Assembly (NCBI GenBank): GCA_030141605.1
Contig: JAQGDQ010000267.1
Coordinates: 249,115-313,114, forward strand
Source of the DNA: Tubiluchus corallicola
Lineage: Eukaryota > Animalia > Priapulida
Direction: 5' to 3'
DNA: 64,000 bases
Position numbers and translations under genes: made by a program. Numbering within the stretch: the stretch's first letter is position 1; every line of letters starts with the position of its first letter. Under the pieces are notes generated by a model, which saw only the letters and a list, made by a program, of their open reading frames with translations, had not been told where the DNA came from and searched no databases. Of this stretch, positions 12,776 to 25,113 are shown one piece after another.

Positions 12776-14048
12776 TAACTAAAAAATGTTCGTTGCCCCA
12801 TCCGTTCTTTGGTTCACCATTGCCCCAGCGAGAGAGTGGTTCACCGCTTTTTCAGTTGTCAGTCACACACACACCGTCCGTCTGTATCTTCCATGCTGGC
12901 AGAGATGGGGAATGGCAGATTAACGTATGCTATTTTCCTATCACTTGACTGTACATATTTTGTGTTCCTTCATATTTTGTGTTGTGGAATTCTCACACAA
13001 TAAACCTGTTTAATTTGACAACGTGTTTTCTTGTTTTCTCTACGAGCCGTCCGAGAGAAAGAAACACAACAGTTCTTCCAAAGTCCATAGCAACCAGACT
13101 TTCGTACGGTTGCTAAGTGTTTTGTAGAAATGTGACAAAAAACAATGGCAAACTTTAACTGTGATTTTCTCAAGATTATGTTTTTCAGTGTGCAGCCTGC
13201 ATCTCAACTTCAACGTGGATTATCTCAGCTTAGAGATAACATAGAGCAATGAACTTGGTATCAAAATGATCCTCATCAAATAGAGATTCAAGACATGTGA
13301 ATAGCTAGAAAAGCTTAATTGCCAGCTTATGGATGATTTTGCTATGCAAGCTCACACATAATTATTGATTAACAAATTTGGAAAAGTGATTTTTATTCTA
13401 AGCCTTTGTATGCTCTTTTTCTATAATTAACTACTGGAATCACCTTATATAATAATAAAAATAATAATATAATAACATTCTTTATTGTAATTAAAATTAC
13501 ACATCGATGAACTGTGAACTTACATTCAAAAATTGATAGTGCAATCAGTGTTTCCACTGCTGTGAGCAATAGTGTTAAAAAATAAATTTACAATTAAAAA
13601 CACATGTGAAATTGTAATTAATTACATTAAGACTTAAGACTCATTTAAGACTCTAAAATACTTACAAATTCAAATTCAAATTAGGTGCTTTATGGATGTT
13701 TTGTCTTAGTGACTTGATTGTTTTGTGTGTGGTGGGTTTTAATTTGTTGATGTGATGTTAATGCATGACAGTAATAACATGACATGACCTTAACAATAAC
13801 ACAAACAATGTTCATTCATTTGGGGTCTAAAAAGGCTGGAGATCCACCACAGAGTACAGATTTTCAGTCGATGTTGTCTCTCTGGTCTCCTGCGGCTGAC
13901 GTTTATGCTGGATCCCCTCTCAGAGCCCCCTCTGACGTTCGAAATTCATAATTACAAGCAAAAGTGGATTCTGAGTTGATGATCTGCTGGTAGGTTATTA
14001 GATAAGTAGGAACGTGGGCCGTTCAAAAGCGTTTCTGATTCAGGACAA

Positions 14049-15105
14049 TTACAATAATTCGCTTTCACAAACAAAATAAGCTAGGTTACTTTTAGGGGCA
14101 TCATTGAGCTTCGGACGCTGGCTTATAATATATATATGATTTTCGCTTGTTCCTCCATTGGGTTCTGAAGCATCCCAAAGGGCTGGGTCCATTGTTCCTC
14201 CAGTTGCCAGCCACACCCATACACTCTCTTCATGTTCATCTGCGCCACTGGTCCATGCCGGTAGAGATTGTGTATTACTGTACACAAAGTTTAATTCCGC
14301 ATCTGTCTCCAGGCTGACCAGGTCCGAGCCGATGTCGATGCAAGACTGACGAGCATCGGACCAGCTTTTCAAGTCCTTGCCGAAGAAATAGCAGCGACCT
14401 TGGAACTTGTTGAAGCCAGCTGCGCATTCTGTAAAGAATAGATTCATGTGTGTAAACTTTTTCTTAAAAATTTCGAAACTGCCTTAAATATTCCAACTCA
14501 GATTTAATTCATTGCAAATGAAACACTTCTGATAAATGAATATGGCTGCCGGAGAAATGAGATGCATATATGGCTGCTATCGTGGAAGAGAACTGTTAGA
14601 AAAGACCGCTATAACATCAGAAAGTATCCCATTTTTTGTACTTTTAAATTTGCAATTATGAAATCATACCTCCAATTTGGTACAAATGTATCTCCTGCCT
14701 ACAATGATATTATTACTTATTATTTACTTATTTGTATGATATTATTTACTTCAAATAATAAAGGACCTTTATGAGAGTGAGAAAATGCTGAGAACAAAAG
14801 AGTACAATAACAGTGACAACTTTACCCTTTTCGTAATAGTCAACTCCGCTGGCTGTAGCAGCAGCAATACCAGTGAGAGCGCAGCTGCTTAACTCGCATT
14901 GCACACGCCCGGAAATTACTTCAACATTAAATCCCAAACAACCGTTTTGGACATCACACAACGCTGCACATTTGAGTTTACTAGAAACGTCATGCGTGCC
15001 AAGCGGACACTGTCGCCATGCCGTGTCCGTAAACTTTTCGTAAGAAGTACTTTCAGCAACGCAAACTATTACACTTAGTAACCAAACTGTTGGATGCATT
15101 TCCAT
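14049..15105 (-). CDS. Secreted PAN/apple + C-type lectin domain protein; exons 15105-14826 and 14428-14049
   Basis: Signal peptide MHPTVWLLSVIVCVAES; PAN-like SKLKCAALCDVQNGCLGFNV...CELS; phase-1 intron; CTLD with FQGRCYFF, SWSDARQSC, LVSLET, EPN, FVCE. Confidence 0.88.
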
Positions 15106-15328
15106 ATTCTGATGTCGCACATCGGTTTTCAAGGAAGAAATAGATTGCAATGAGCCTACAGGTGTACATCTGTGACTTAAGTCAGCTGGTAAACTGCTCT
15201 TATCCTCACAATAATAATTATCCCAATTAATAACGACAATATTACTCACAATAGAGCTTGACAATAGCCATTGATTTCTATTCCTATTTATATTGCATTG
15301 GGCACTATGCATTAAGCATTAGACATAG

Positions 15329-15426
15329 CATGTGTGCGAAATAAATGATCTATATCTATGTATTGATATGTGATATATAGATATCTATTATAGATATAGA
15401 TATAGATCATTCATTTCGCATACATG
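15329..15426. repeat. Long inverted repeat (hairpin) upstream of the lectin gene
   Basis: catgtgtgcgaaataaatgatctatatctat ... atagatatagatcattcatttcgcatacatg. Confidence 0.8.
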
Positions 15427-15947
15427 GTTGAATACTGTAACATAATAAAACAACTAATGAAAACAAGTCAGTTGCGAGGGCAATGGGGTCCTTTACACGT
15501 TGCCCCATATTTTAAAGATTAATGAATTTGCAGTGGTCGGGATGATCATGTGAAAGAAGGCAGTATCAACTCTTTTTAATTAATAAAAGATACAAATGTG
15601 TAAAAGTCTCTTTGAAATCAAAGATTTCCTATTAAACATCATTACTATTAATAAAGAATAAATCTCAACAATGTACAAGGGCAAGGGAAGTGAAGGACAA
15701 GGGTGTTGTGCTAATTAATAATAGCTCATTTAGTAAAACGGTGAACATACTTACCTTGTATATTAGAGATTATCTTCAGTGGACTACAATAGCATTAAGT
15801 GGATCTCGGACATAGTTAAGTAATGGGGCTGCAACAAGATGTGAAATGCACAGCTAAACATGTGATCTAATAAATATTTTGTAAATACATGTAAGCCATT
15901 GTGCTGCATTTGAGACGTTATGTATTGATATTTTAGACAACAGCTGC

Positions 15948-16578
15948 TTGAGACGAGTAACATTTAGACTTGAGATAAGTAGCATGCAGACTTGAAATAA
16001 GTAGCATCTAGACTTGAGATAAGTAGCATGCAGACTTGAAATAAGTAGCATCTAGACTTGAGATAAGTAGCGTGCAGACTTGAGATATGTGTCGCGCAGA
16101 GTTGAGATAAGTAGCGCGCAGACTGAGAGGAGTAGCGTGCAGACTTCAGATTAGTAGTGCGCAGAGTTGAGATATGTGTCGCGCAGAGTTGAGATAAGTA
16201 GCGTGCAGACTTGACATAAGTAGCGTGCAGACTTGAGATAAGTAGCGCGCAGAGTTGAGATAAGTAGCGTGCAGACTTGGGATAAGTAGCGCGCAGAGTT
16301 GAGGTAAGTAGCGTGCAGACTGAGATGAGTAGCACACAGACTTGAGATAAGTAGCGTGCAGACTTGAGATAAGTAGCGTGCAGAGTTGAGATAAGTAGCG
16401 CGCAGACTGAGATGAGTAGCACACAGACTTGAGATAAGTAGTGTGCAGACTTGAGATAAGTAGCGTGCAGAGTTGAGATAAGTAGCATGCAGACTTGAAA
16501 TAAGTAGCATCTAGACTTGAGATAAGTAGCGTGCAGACTTGAGATATGTGTCGCGCAGAGTTGAGACAGGTAGCGTGC
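15948..16578. repeat. 22-bp minisatellite (gacttgagataagtagcgtgca), ~28 copies
   Basis: Direct inspection; source of the spurious ORFs at 15854-16510. Confidence 0.95.
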
Positions 16579-16699
16579 CAGCAGTAAACTTAAAACAAAA
16601 TTACAGAAATCACACGTTTCTTTATCGTTTACAAAATGTTACCAAGATCTTCAGATTCATAAGTCTTCTACATTCATTCCTGTCATTTATTTGATTTTT

Positions 16700-16888
16700 C
16701 GTAGTACTGTAGAGGCTATATGGTTTTCTTCAAGTGGTCATTGCTATAAATCGTAGTACTGTAGAGGCTATATGGTTTTCTTCAAGTGGTCATTGCTATA
16801 AATCGTAGTACTGTAGAGGCTATATGGTTTTCTTCAAGTGGTCATTGCTATAAATCGTAGTATTATAGAGACTTGGTGGTTTTCTTTT
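16700..16888. repeat. 52-bp tandem repeat, ~3.5 copies
   Basis: Units start at 16700, 16752, 16804, 16856. Confidence 0.95.
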
Positions 16889-16944
16889 ATTCTGCCAGGT
16901 AGTCCGGGTACATTTCATTCTGTTTATTTCGCTTACTTGTAGAT

Positions 16945-17405
16945 TTATGGATTGATGAAAACTGGTTTGGGTGGACCTGAAGTGTGCCCACATTTTCTGG
17001 ATAGATACCAGCAGGCCCCTGTATTTGTCATATAGTTGGTGATTTTGCTTGTGTTAAATTCTCCTGTACAAGAAGAGTTACTTTTACAATTTAACATTGG
17101 GTCTGAAACCATTAAACTCTTGCAGTAAGCACCTTTACTTTTAAAGAAAGGCAGAACTGAAAACGGGAACTAACTCGAGAGTTAGATATTAAAACTGAAA
17201 AGGTTCAATAGAGGTTCTTAATAATTGTAGTCCAGCAGTCCCAAACAGCGTTGTTGGGTAATGTCAGGGACTCAAGATCCAGGTTGTCAATTACCAGCTA
17301 AAATACTAGAGCAGGTGAATTAATCCAGCCTGAGCTTAGAGCTGTGCAAACACGGCCTTCGAAATTATTCGGCAAAAGAGCAGGTCGATTTCCATCAGTT
17401 TGTGA
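16945..17405 (-). pseudogene. Degenerate LRR-coding relic, inverted relative to the adjacent receptor
   Basis: Frameshifted pieces LMEIDLLFCRIISKAVFAQL, LDLESLTLPNN, LGLLDYNY*EPLLNLFSFNI resemble LxxLxLxxN repeats. Confidence 0.45.
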
Positions 17406-17462
17406 TATATACATTTAATGTATTTGGTGGTATGTACTAAGTCTGTGATCTTTGTTTTGCAG

Positions 17463-19969
17463 AGAACAAACAGCTAACATGCGATTGTTATCTAAGATGG
17501 GTGGCTAATTCAACCTTTCTGGACAAATATATCAGACCTGGCGGGAGCATTGAATACACCTGCTACCATCCAGACTACAATCAAGGAAAGACCCACAATT
17601 CCAATTTGCAGATAAATGATTTTGAGTGTACATCTTGTCCCCCGGGTAATGAGGTACCTTTTTGCATACCTATAGATGAATGCAAGTCAAATCCGTGCAA
17701 AAATGGTGGTACATGCATAGACGGTGTGAACAGTTTTATTTGTAACTGTACTGATGACTACAATGGATCCACTTGTGAATTTGCACAGTGTACGCCTAGT
17801 TCATGTCGTCATGGAACGTGTGCACTTGATAACTACACAGCGATATGCACGTGTGATCCCGGATACACAGGTGAAAAATGCAACGTGAATATTAATAAAT
17901 GCCAGCAGCTACAGCAGCCGTGCAAATATGGCGGACTCTGCGTAGACCAGATAAACAATTTCACGTGTGTCTGCTCTGCAGGATTCACTGGAAGAACTTG
18001 CGAAACTGATGTTGACGAATGCCTACTTGATAAACTTTGTAAAAATGATGGAACATGTGTTAATACATTTGGCTCTTTTAAATGCAACTGTTTACCCAGA
18101 TATGAGGGGCAGCTATGTCAGCAAAAGATCGACGAGTGTAGAAGCAGTCCTTGCAAAAATGGGGGCGCATGTGTGACTGGTGAAAATAAGTTCATTTGTA
18201 TTTGTATGCCAGGCTACGTGGGAAACCAGTGCGAAACAAATTACAATGAATGTGCCTCTAATCCATGTCAAAGTGGAGGAACTTGTTGGGATTTTGTAAA
18301 TAGATACACGTGTACATGTGCGAGTGGATACACCGGAGAAGATTGTCAATTAATTGATGACTGCAGATCATCTCCATGCATACATAATGGAACTTGCATC
18401 AATGGAAGGAATGGATTTACGTGCAACTGTACAAAAGGATGGACGGGCGACACATGTGACTGTAATAAAGATTATTGCATAGCAAATGTTAGAGATTATT
18501 AGGAATTTAATTAAAGATGAAATGACAAATCATAACCGCATGAATAGCCACGGATATCATAAATCATCCAAAAGTATATATTGTAACTTTGAACTACACA
18601 AATACTAACAGACAAATGTGTCCGCAACAGTATTTGCCATCCGCCTGAGCTCACAGAAAAATAATTAGCACAATTGCTAATGAGCTAGAGTGGTCCTACA
18701 ACAATAACTAACAGCGTTGTATGGCATCTTAATTACTACTAAATTATCTTTCTACAAATCTAAGTTAATGCCGATGTTGCCTTTGCGTTTTTATTATACT
18801 CATAAACTAATTGTTTCTCCACTAGTTTAGGTCAATGCTGAATATGACAAATGCTGTTTCCAAAACATTCGGTTTTTCAGTATTTTCACAGTTCAACATT
18901 GTTCAATATATACTTTAGGCTAAACTACAATGACATTTTTATGGCTGACAAAAAATATTGTCACCATCTATTGTTGATGAAAAAGAAAAGTATCACAATG
19001 ATATTAAAGGTATAAATGGTAGATACTTCAAACAATCTAAAAATACACATGACAGTAAAATGGCAAAGCTTAACAAGAAAAGGAATAACGATACTTTCCA
19101 ATGGATGGTGGATATCCATTAGTGTCATCTAGCTTTTTAAAGCCCCAGAGTTTAAAACGAAACTGCAACCATACCCTACACTGTGGCGATTATCATGAAA
19201 ACCATAATTTGAAATCAGGCCCAATACGTGTTCGGATAAATTAAAGGACGTTTGCTCAACTCAACATGCAAAATGTGTGACTAACTTTTCCCATTAACTG
19301 TTAAAATAAAAATCAATTATATTAAAGATGATTCCTAAAAATCATTTAATGTTAATCCCAAATTGTGTCTGTTGTAGTTGCTTAAATATTCTGCAAGCAA
19401 TTTCAGTGTTGATTCAATCATTTTCAGTTTCAGAAACGATTGGTGTTAAAGACCAAGAGAAGTTAATCAGCAACTGGACAGCCGTGTGCTCAGCAGTTTC
19501 AGTTGCTCTGATTGTGTTGTCTTTGCTAGCAACTTATGTAATTTTTAGATGGCAAAAACAAAGACGTCAGAAGGCGATCACGGGTATGCTTAAATAGTCT
19601 AGTTGCTGTTGTCTGGTTACCAGTTACCACTTTGGTTTCCAAAGAGAGCATATGCTATTCAAAGTGAATCATTTTCACATTTGAGGACGGAGGGCAGACT
19701 AACTAGCTCGACGTAATTACCTAGCAAATGAACAAACAGGCGAGCAAGTGGCCTAATTGCCAACTAACTAACTGACTGGCTAGTTAGCTAGCTAACTGTT
19801 TGGCTTATACATGTATGCAATTAACAACTGACACTAGTCTACTAAACATGCTTACAATATTTGTTGATATCATTTTGCAGGCTTTAGTGAAGATAGTGGA
19901 GAATCAGAAAGTGGAAAAACTGAAAAGGGAAAATCCGGAGGTAGTAGTGAAACAACAGAGAGTAGTTGA
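17463..19969 (+). CDS. LRRCT + 7 EGF repeats + TM + short cytoplasmic tail; exons 17463-18461, 19428-19583, 19881-19969; 5' exons not found
   Basis: NKQLTCDCYLRWV...CYHP...G...FEC is an LRRCT cap; seven EGFs (e.g. IDECKSNPCKNGGTCIDGVNSFICNC); TM AVCSAVSVALIVLSLLATYVIF then RWQKQRR; phase-1 joins give tail GFSEDSGESESGKTEKGKSGGSSETTESS*. Confidence 0.8.
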
Positions 19970-21381
19970 GAAGCAAAAGAAAAATACTACAAGACAAAAG
20001 TGATCTGCGAATGACATATTTCATTGAACATCAAAAGAAGTGAAACAAAATTTAATTTTAATTAAAGTGTGTGTAGTGATATAACCGTGTCTAATAATTA
20101 TGTGTATTATTATGCCCAAGAAATGAAATATTCATGTGGTGATATGCTCAGGAGTTCATGCCACCACCCATATTCTTATTCTTATTCTTCTCGAAAAACG
20201 CGCATACTTTCATATTCATGTAAATGGTGCATTTTATTATAGCACACCACATACAGTTAGTGAGAGCAACTTTTACATAAGTGCTACATAACGAGCAGGT
20301 GAAAGGTATCACACAACAAGCATTTGTGCAGGCTGCTGAATATAAGCGATATGCAAATACATGTAATTAATAATGACGACGTAGAAATTATGTTAAACGT
20401 GTGTCTAACACACCACAAGTAATTGTTCAAAGTGCTTATTACATTGGCAACTATGAATTCACATAGGCGGGGCTGAACTGTCAGTCTAGCATGTCTTTTA
20501 AGTCTTGAAACTCCCCTGATAGCAACTGTTAGGAGAGCTTGCAATTTCTTGCTAAAAGTAACTCGCAAAGCAGTTCACACTTGTGAGTTTACTGTCAGTG
20601 TGAAAACTCGCGACATAAACTGGCTAGTCTGAATGCGCTGTTACATATATATTGTCAGTTAATATCTGATTTAAAGCAAAGCCGGGCCCATAGTCAAACT
20701 ATAGGTCAAAATACTCTACTCTACTATGAAATAAAATATTCGCACGCAGATATGCGCAGGAGTTCATGCCGCTACCCTTATTCATATTGCATATGCTATT
20801 TAGATGGCTAAGGTTAAAGTCTTATGAATAAGTGTGCAATAAGTTAGAAGCTTGTAGTTTCAGCAAAATATCTTTGATCTAACAATTCACTCTTATTTAC
20901 ATGAAGATAACAAATTTTGTACCACTAAATGCAGGTGTAAACTTTCAGCCTAACATCGAGTCTGTTTGTCAAATTTCTAATAAACTGCCGCTGCAATTTT
21001 GCTCTGCTGTGAGACATATCTTATCTTTGTGCATTCCAAAGAAACATTTCACTAAAACTTTGCTTCCAGAATAAGATCTAACTCAAGCATTGTCTTTAAT
21101 GTGGAAGAATCACGTCTAGGGGCTGAAACAACCACAAAAATGATCCAAGTTGGAACCCCTTAAGAAGAACTTTTAACACGAATATTGGGATCCCTGGGGG
21201 ACTGTCCTAGTCCAATACTTGTCGCGCTCTACCTGGCAAGTGCACTTCAAATAAAAAACGAAATCCTGAAATGATGGTCATGATTACAATACTACTCTCT
21301 GTAATAACTTTCCTCAACATATTCTGGATCACTTCTATCCTGCATTGGAATCCTATGAACCATTCCTTTGTGACCAACAAT

Positions 21382-21871
21382 CTTGTTCTTCTTCCCAGCT
21401 TTTCCCTATTCGGGGTCGCCGTTGTGAATGAGTCTTCTCCACGCATTCCTGTTGTTGACCATCTCTTCATTTATGTCTTCAATTCCCACAAGATTTTCAC
21501 CGACTCTTCCTTTCAAGTGTCCATACCATGGCAATCTTGCGAGGCTTCCACTACTTTTACTGTTCCTCTGATATTATTATTTCTAATTTTATCTCTTCTT
21601 GTTATTCCCACCATCCATCTCATCATCCTCATCTCCACCACACCCATTTTCTTCTCTTCGGTCTTCTTTAAAGAAGCTGCTTCCAGCCCATAGATTAGAG
21701 CGGGTCTGACCACTTCTTTGTGGACTTTCCCTTTAAGTCTCACCGACTCATTCATAGAAGGTTTTGGCGCAGTTTTTACAGGCGGATGCCCTTCCTGACC
21801 CTAACCCTCCCTATTTATCCAGGCTTGGGACCGGCACTGAGTTGGGTTGGCTTGCCCCCCCCGTGGCTAGG
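21382..21871 (-). mobile_element. Non-autonomous, internally deleted RTE retroelement with 19-bp TSD
   Basis: TSD ttcctttgtga(c/t)caacaat at 21363-21381 and 21872-21890; RTE-type C-terminus RLKGKVHKEVVRPALIYGLE...EMRMMRWMVGITRRDKIRN; 3' end gcgacccc...gggaaaagctgggaagaagaa. Confidence 0.85.
21798..21850 (-). ncRNA. Twister ribozyme-like motif
   Basis: Minus strand CCAACC-CAA-CUCA-GU-GCCGG-UCCCAAGC-CUGG-AUAAA-UAGG-GAGGG-UUAGG matches the twister core GCCGGUCCCAAGCCCGGAUAAA...GAGGG. Confidence 0.75.
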
Positions 21872-21953
21872 TTCCTTTGTGATCAACAATATGTAGACGA
21901 TATTGGATGGATTATTGTATCTAATTTTCAAACTAACACAATAAAAAGGATTG

Positions 21954-22160
21954 TGCAACGTGTGTACGGTTTGGCAACTTCTCTCGCAACTTGTTGCAAC
22001 GTGTGTACGGCTTGGCAATTTCTCTCGCAACTTGTTGCAACATGTGAAGGGTTTGGCAACTTCTCTCACAACTTGTTGCAACGTGTGGGCGGTTTGGCAA
22101 CTTCTCTCTGAGAGAAGTTGCGCAACAAGTTGCGAGAGAAGTCTCTCCGTCTAAACGTGT
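21954..22160. repeat. 41-bp tandem repeat (~4 copies) followed by an inverted partial copy; MITE-like internal array
   Basis: Units at 21954, 21995, 22036, 22077, then gagagaagttgcgcaacaagttgcgagagaag. Confidence 0.85.
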
Positions 22161-23009
22161 CACAAGAACCCATTGTCTCGTGTTGTTATTTCATTGTTTC
22201 CCTGAATAGAATATTTTAAAAATAAAAAAAACTCGCATTAACATATTTACATATTCGTATTTTTCGGCAATGATTGTCTGTATCCAAGTTAGCAATCTTT
22301 TTGTGTATAAAGTGATTCAGAAAGCACCATGTTGACTTTGTTAAAAAGGCATATCTTGCAAGTTGTAGCAGCTTTTCTCTTAAAATCAGTTTGTGAGAAT
22401 TTTCTACAACATTCGTAGAAGCCGTTCCTAACCACCCATGTAAACTTGAACAAAGCGTAGAAGAATGCAACAAGACAACTGGACTTACAACATGTCACGT
22501 GACATGCGGGGTGAACCATAAGATCAACATGACACGACTTGTAGCCACAGAGAAGGCACTCCCTGTCTTTTTGGACGGTCTCTCTATTTACCAGTACTCA
22601 GAAACCATACTACCTCCAGGATTTTTAATGGGAAGAAGCGTCGATGTCTTAGCATTTGTTTCTGGGGACTTGGGAAGTTTAGGCAAACCCGATATCGCAG
22701 CCAAAGTTAAGAATTTCCGGTTGATTGAATTACAAAATTTGCATAAAATTGAACCTGAGTTGTTTTACGAATTCGGTGAGTTACAGCGCATTGTCATTCA
22801 TGGCTGCAAGAACCTGGAACATTTGGAGTTATACTTGACAAACAGTCCAAGATTCAATTACATCGACCTTCAAGACAATGGGCTGAAGCGAATGAAGGAG
22901 CCAAAACTGCATAAAAATGTTAATCCAAATGACGCAGAATTGGTTATGACAGGTAGGTTATGAAAATGCTTATGTCTACAGTACAGACTAATGTTTAGGC
23001 TAGCAGTAT

Positions 23010-23500
<491 letters not shown>

Positions 23501-25082
23501 AAGAATAAATCTTTATTAGTTCTTTTGTGACTGCATTAACACACGTAAACGTGCAATTATTAGTATACATATATACAATTTGGACCGCCATTGCCAGTGT
23601 AGAGTACACACCAGGCGACAAACTATACCAGGGGTGTAAAATAGCCTTGGCCAGATTATGCCCATCCAGGCCTAATCATAACCCTAACCAAATCCTAACC
23701 CTAACACTTCCCCAACGCTACCCTAACCCTAACTCAAATCCTAACCCTAACCCTAATTCGCTTCAGGAACTAATTTCTTTATATATAATAAAGTTGTAGA
23801 CATGCATAATTCTTTGACTTTTTGGGTAACTCACTTGCGATGTAACCTGATAAGTAGAACTCTTTCGCCGCTCTTGTTCTTCTTGTTCATGTAATGCCAA
23901 TTTTTATATTGTTACGTCACAATTCCAAAAAAATCAGACTGAACAAAAAAGGCTCAGAAAGTATTTAAAAATTGTAAACTTTAGTCGTTAGACACAATCT
24001 GTCAGCAGCAAATGTGGGATAATAACTATTCTTTCGGTAAATGTACATGAATGAGCACACTAAATGGTTATTAATATTAATATGCATGCTATAGCTCTTA
24101 GACCCATCCACCAATGATCAATAATGCACGGACATTCTACGCAGTTTTTGCAAATTGCTCTTTTCGATCGTAATAGACTACTGTTATAAAGTTTAAGTTA
24201 TAACAGCCAACAGCTTTATAAGTTCAATGGAATGACGTCAGAACAATGAAAAACGTCAGCAGTTTTCCAAGCGAGAATAGCGGAAAATGGAACATCCAAA
24301 TCAACTCGCTGCAGCTTTATTTAGGAGAGGCGTCCTAAGATGTCACCACATTATCGTGTAGCCCAGTTCCTGCTCTTTTTAAAGAGCTATATGCCTCCTT
24401 CCGAGAGTCCCACCAGGCGCCAATAGAATGTTTTTCTACACTTAATTTAGTCAAAATTTGGAAAAAAATCGGGAGTTGGTTTATCCCTTACAGGATTCCA
24501 TGGCTCTCTCACGAATACAATACAACACACAATGTTATCACGTTTTATCAACAATATATATAACGCCCTATACCACCGAAACTAATTAATCTAATGTTGA
24601 TTGTATGGATAGGAAACCCACTTATTTGTGACAGTGAAATGGAATGGACAAAGAGAATGAAATGGAGGAGGTCACGTGTTGATTGTGCTCAACCAACGCG
24701 AAAACATGGGGTAAACGAAATCACGCTTCCGGAGTTTGGTTGTCCGCTAGTAGAAACGCCACCAGTTTTCTCCGGCGCATGCTCAGTTGTCAGATTCACC
24801 ACCAGGACTCGCTTCAGTCGCATGGTCACCTGCTCAGTTAGTTTGATTTTAATTTTTGTACTAATTACAATATATTAAATGCAATTAAACTTTTGTTTTT
24901 AATACAAGACTTTTTTATCTAAGCTTAAGACAGGTAAGGGGTAAAATAAAGTTGTTAATTTTTAAAACTCTCATTCTACCCCATTTTTTTATACGGATGC
25001 ACATCTCTTCATGAAATTTCAAGATACAGCTGTAATAAACTAAATAGCGTTCAAAATCATGCCTTAAGATATGATATATCTT

Positions 25083-25113
<31 letters not shown>

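Larger units (their letters stand above)
21130..21955 (+). mobile_element. Old LINE reverse-transcriptase fragment interrupted by a younger element
   Basis: Frameshifted NTNIGIP/GDCPSPILVALYLASAL (GxPQGxxLSP motif); removing 21382-21890 restores FLCDQQYVDDIGWI. Confidence 0.75.

Noticed and set aside
11700-16888. CRISPR-like appearance of the tandem arrays
   Set aside because: No unique spacers or cas genes; eukaryotic context
17501-18502. Notch or Slit ortholog
   Set aside because: No LNR/ankyrin or LamG/cystine-knot domains; TM followed by a short tail
23680-23757. Telomeric CCCTAA repeats
   Set aside because: Short, degenerate and interstitial; typical of interspersed repeats
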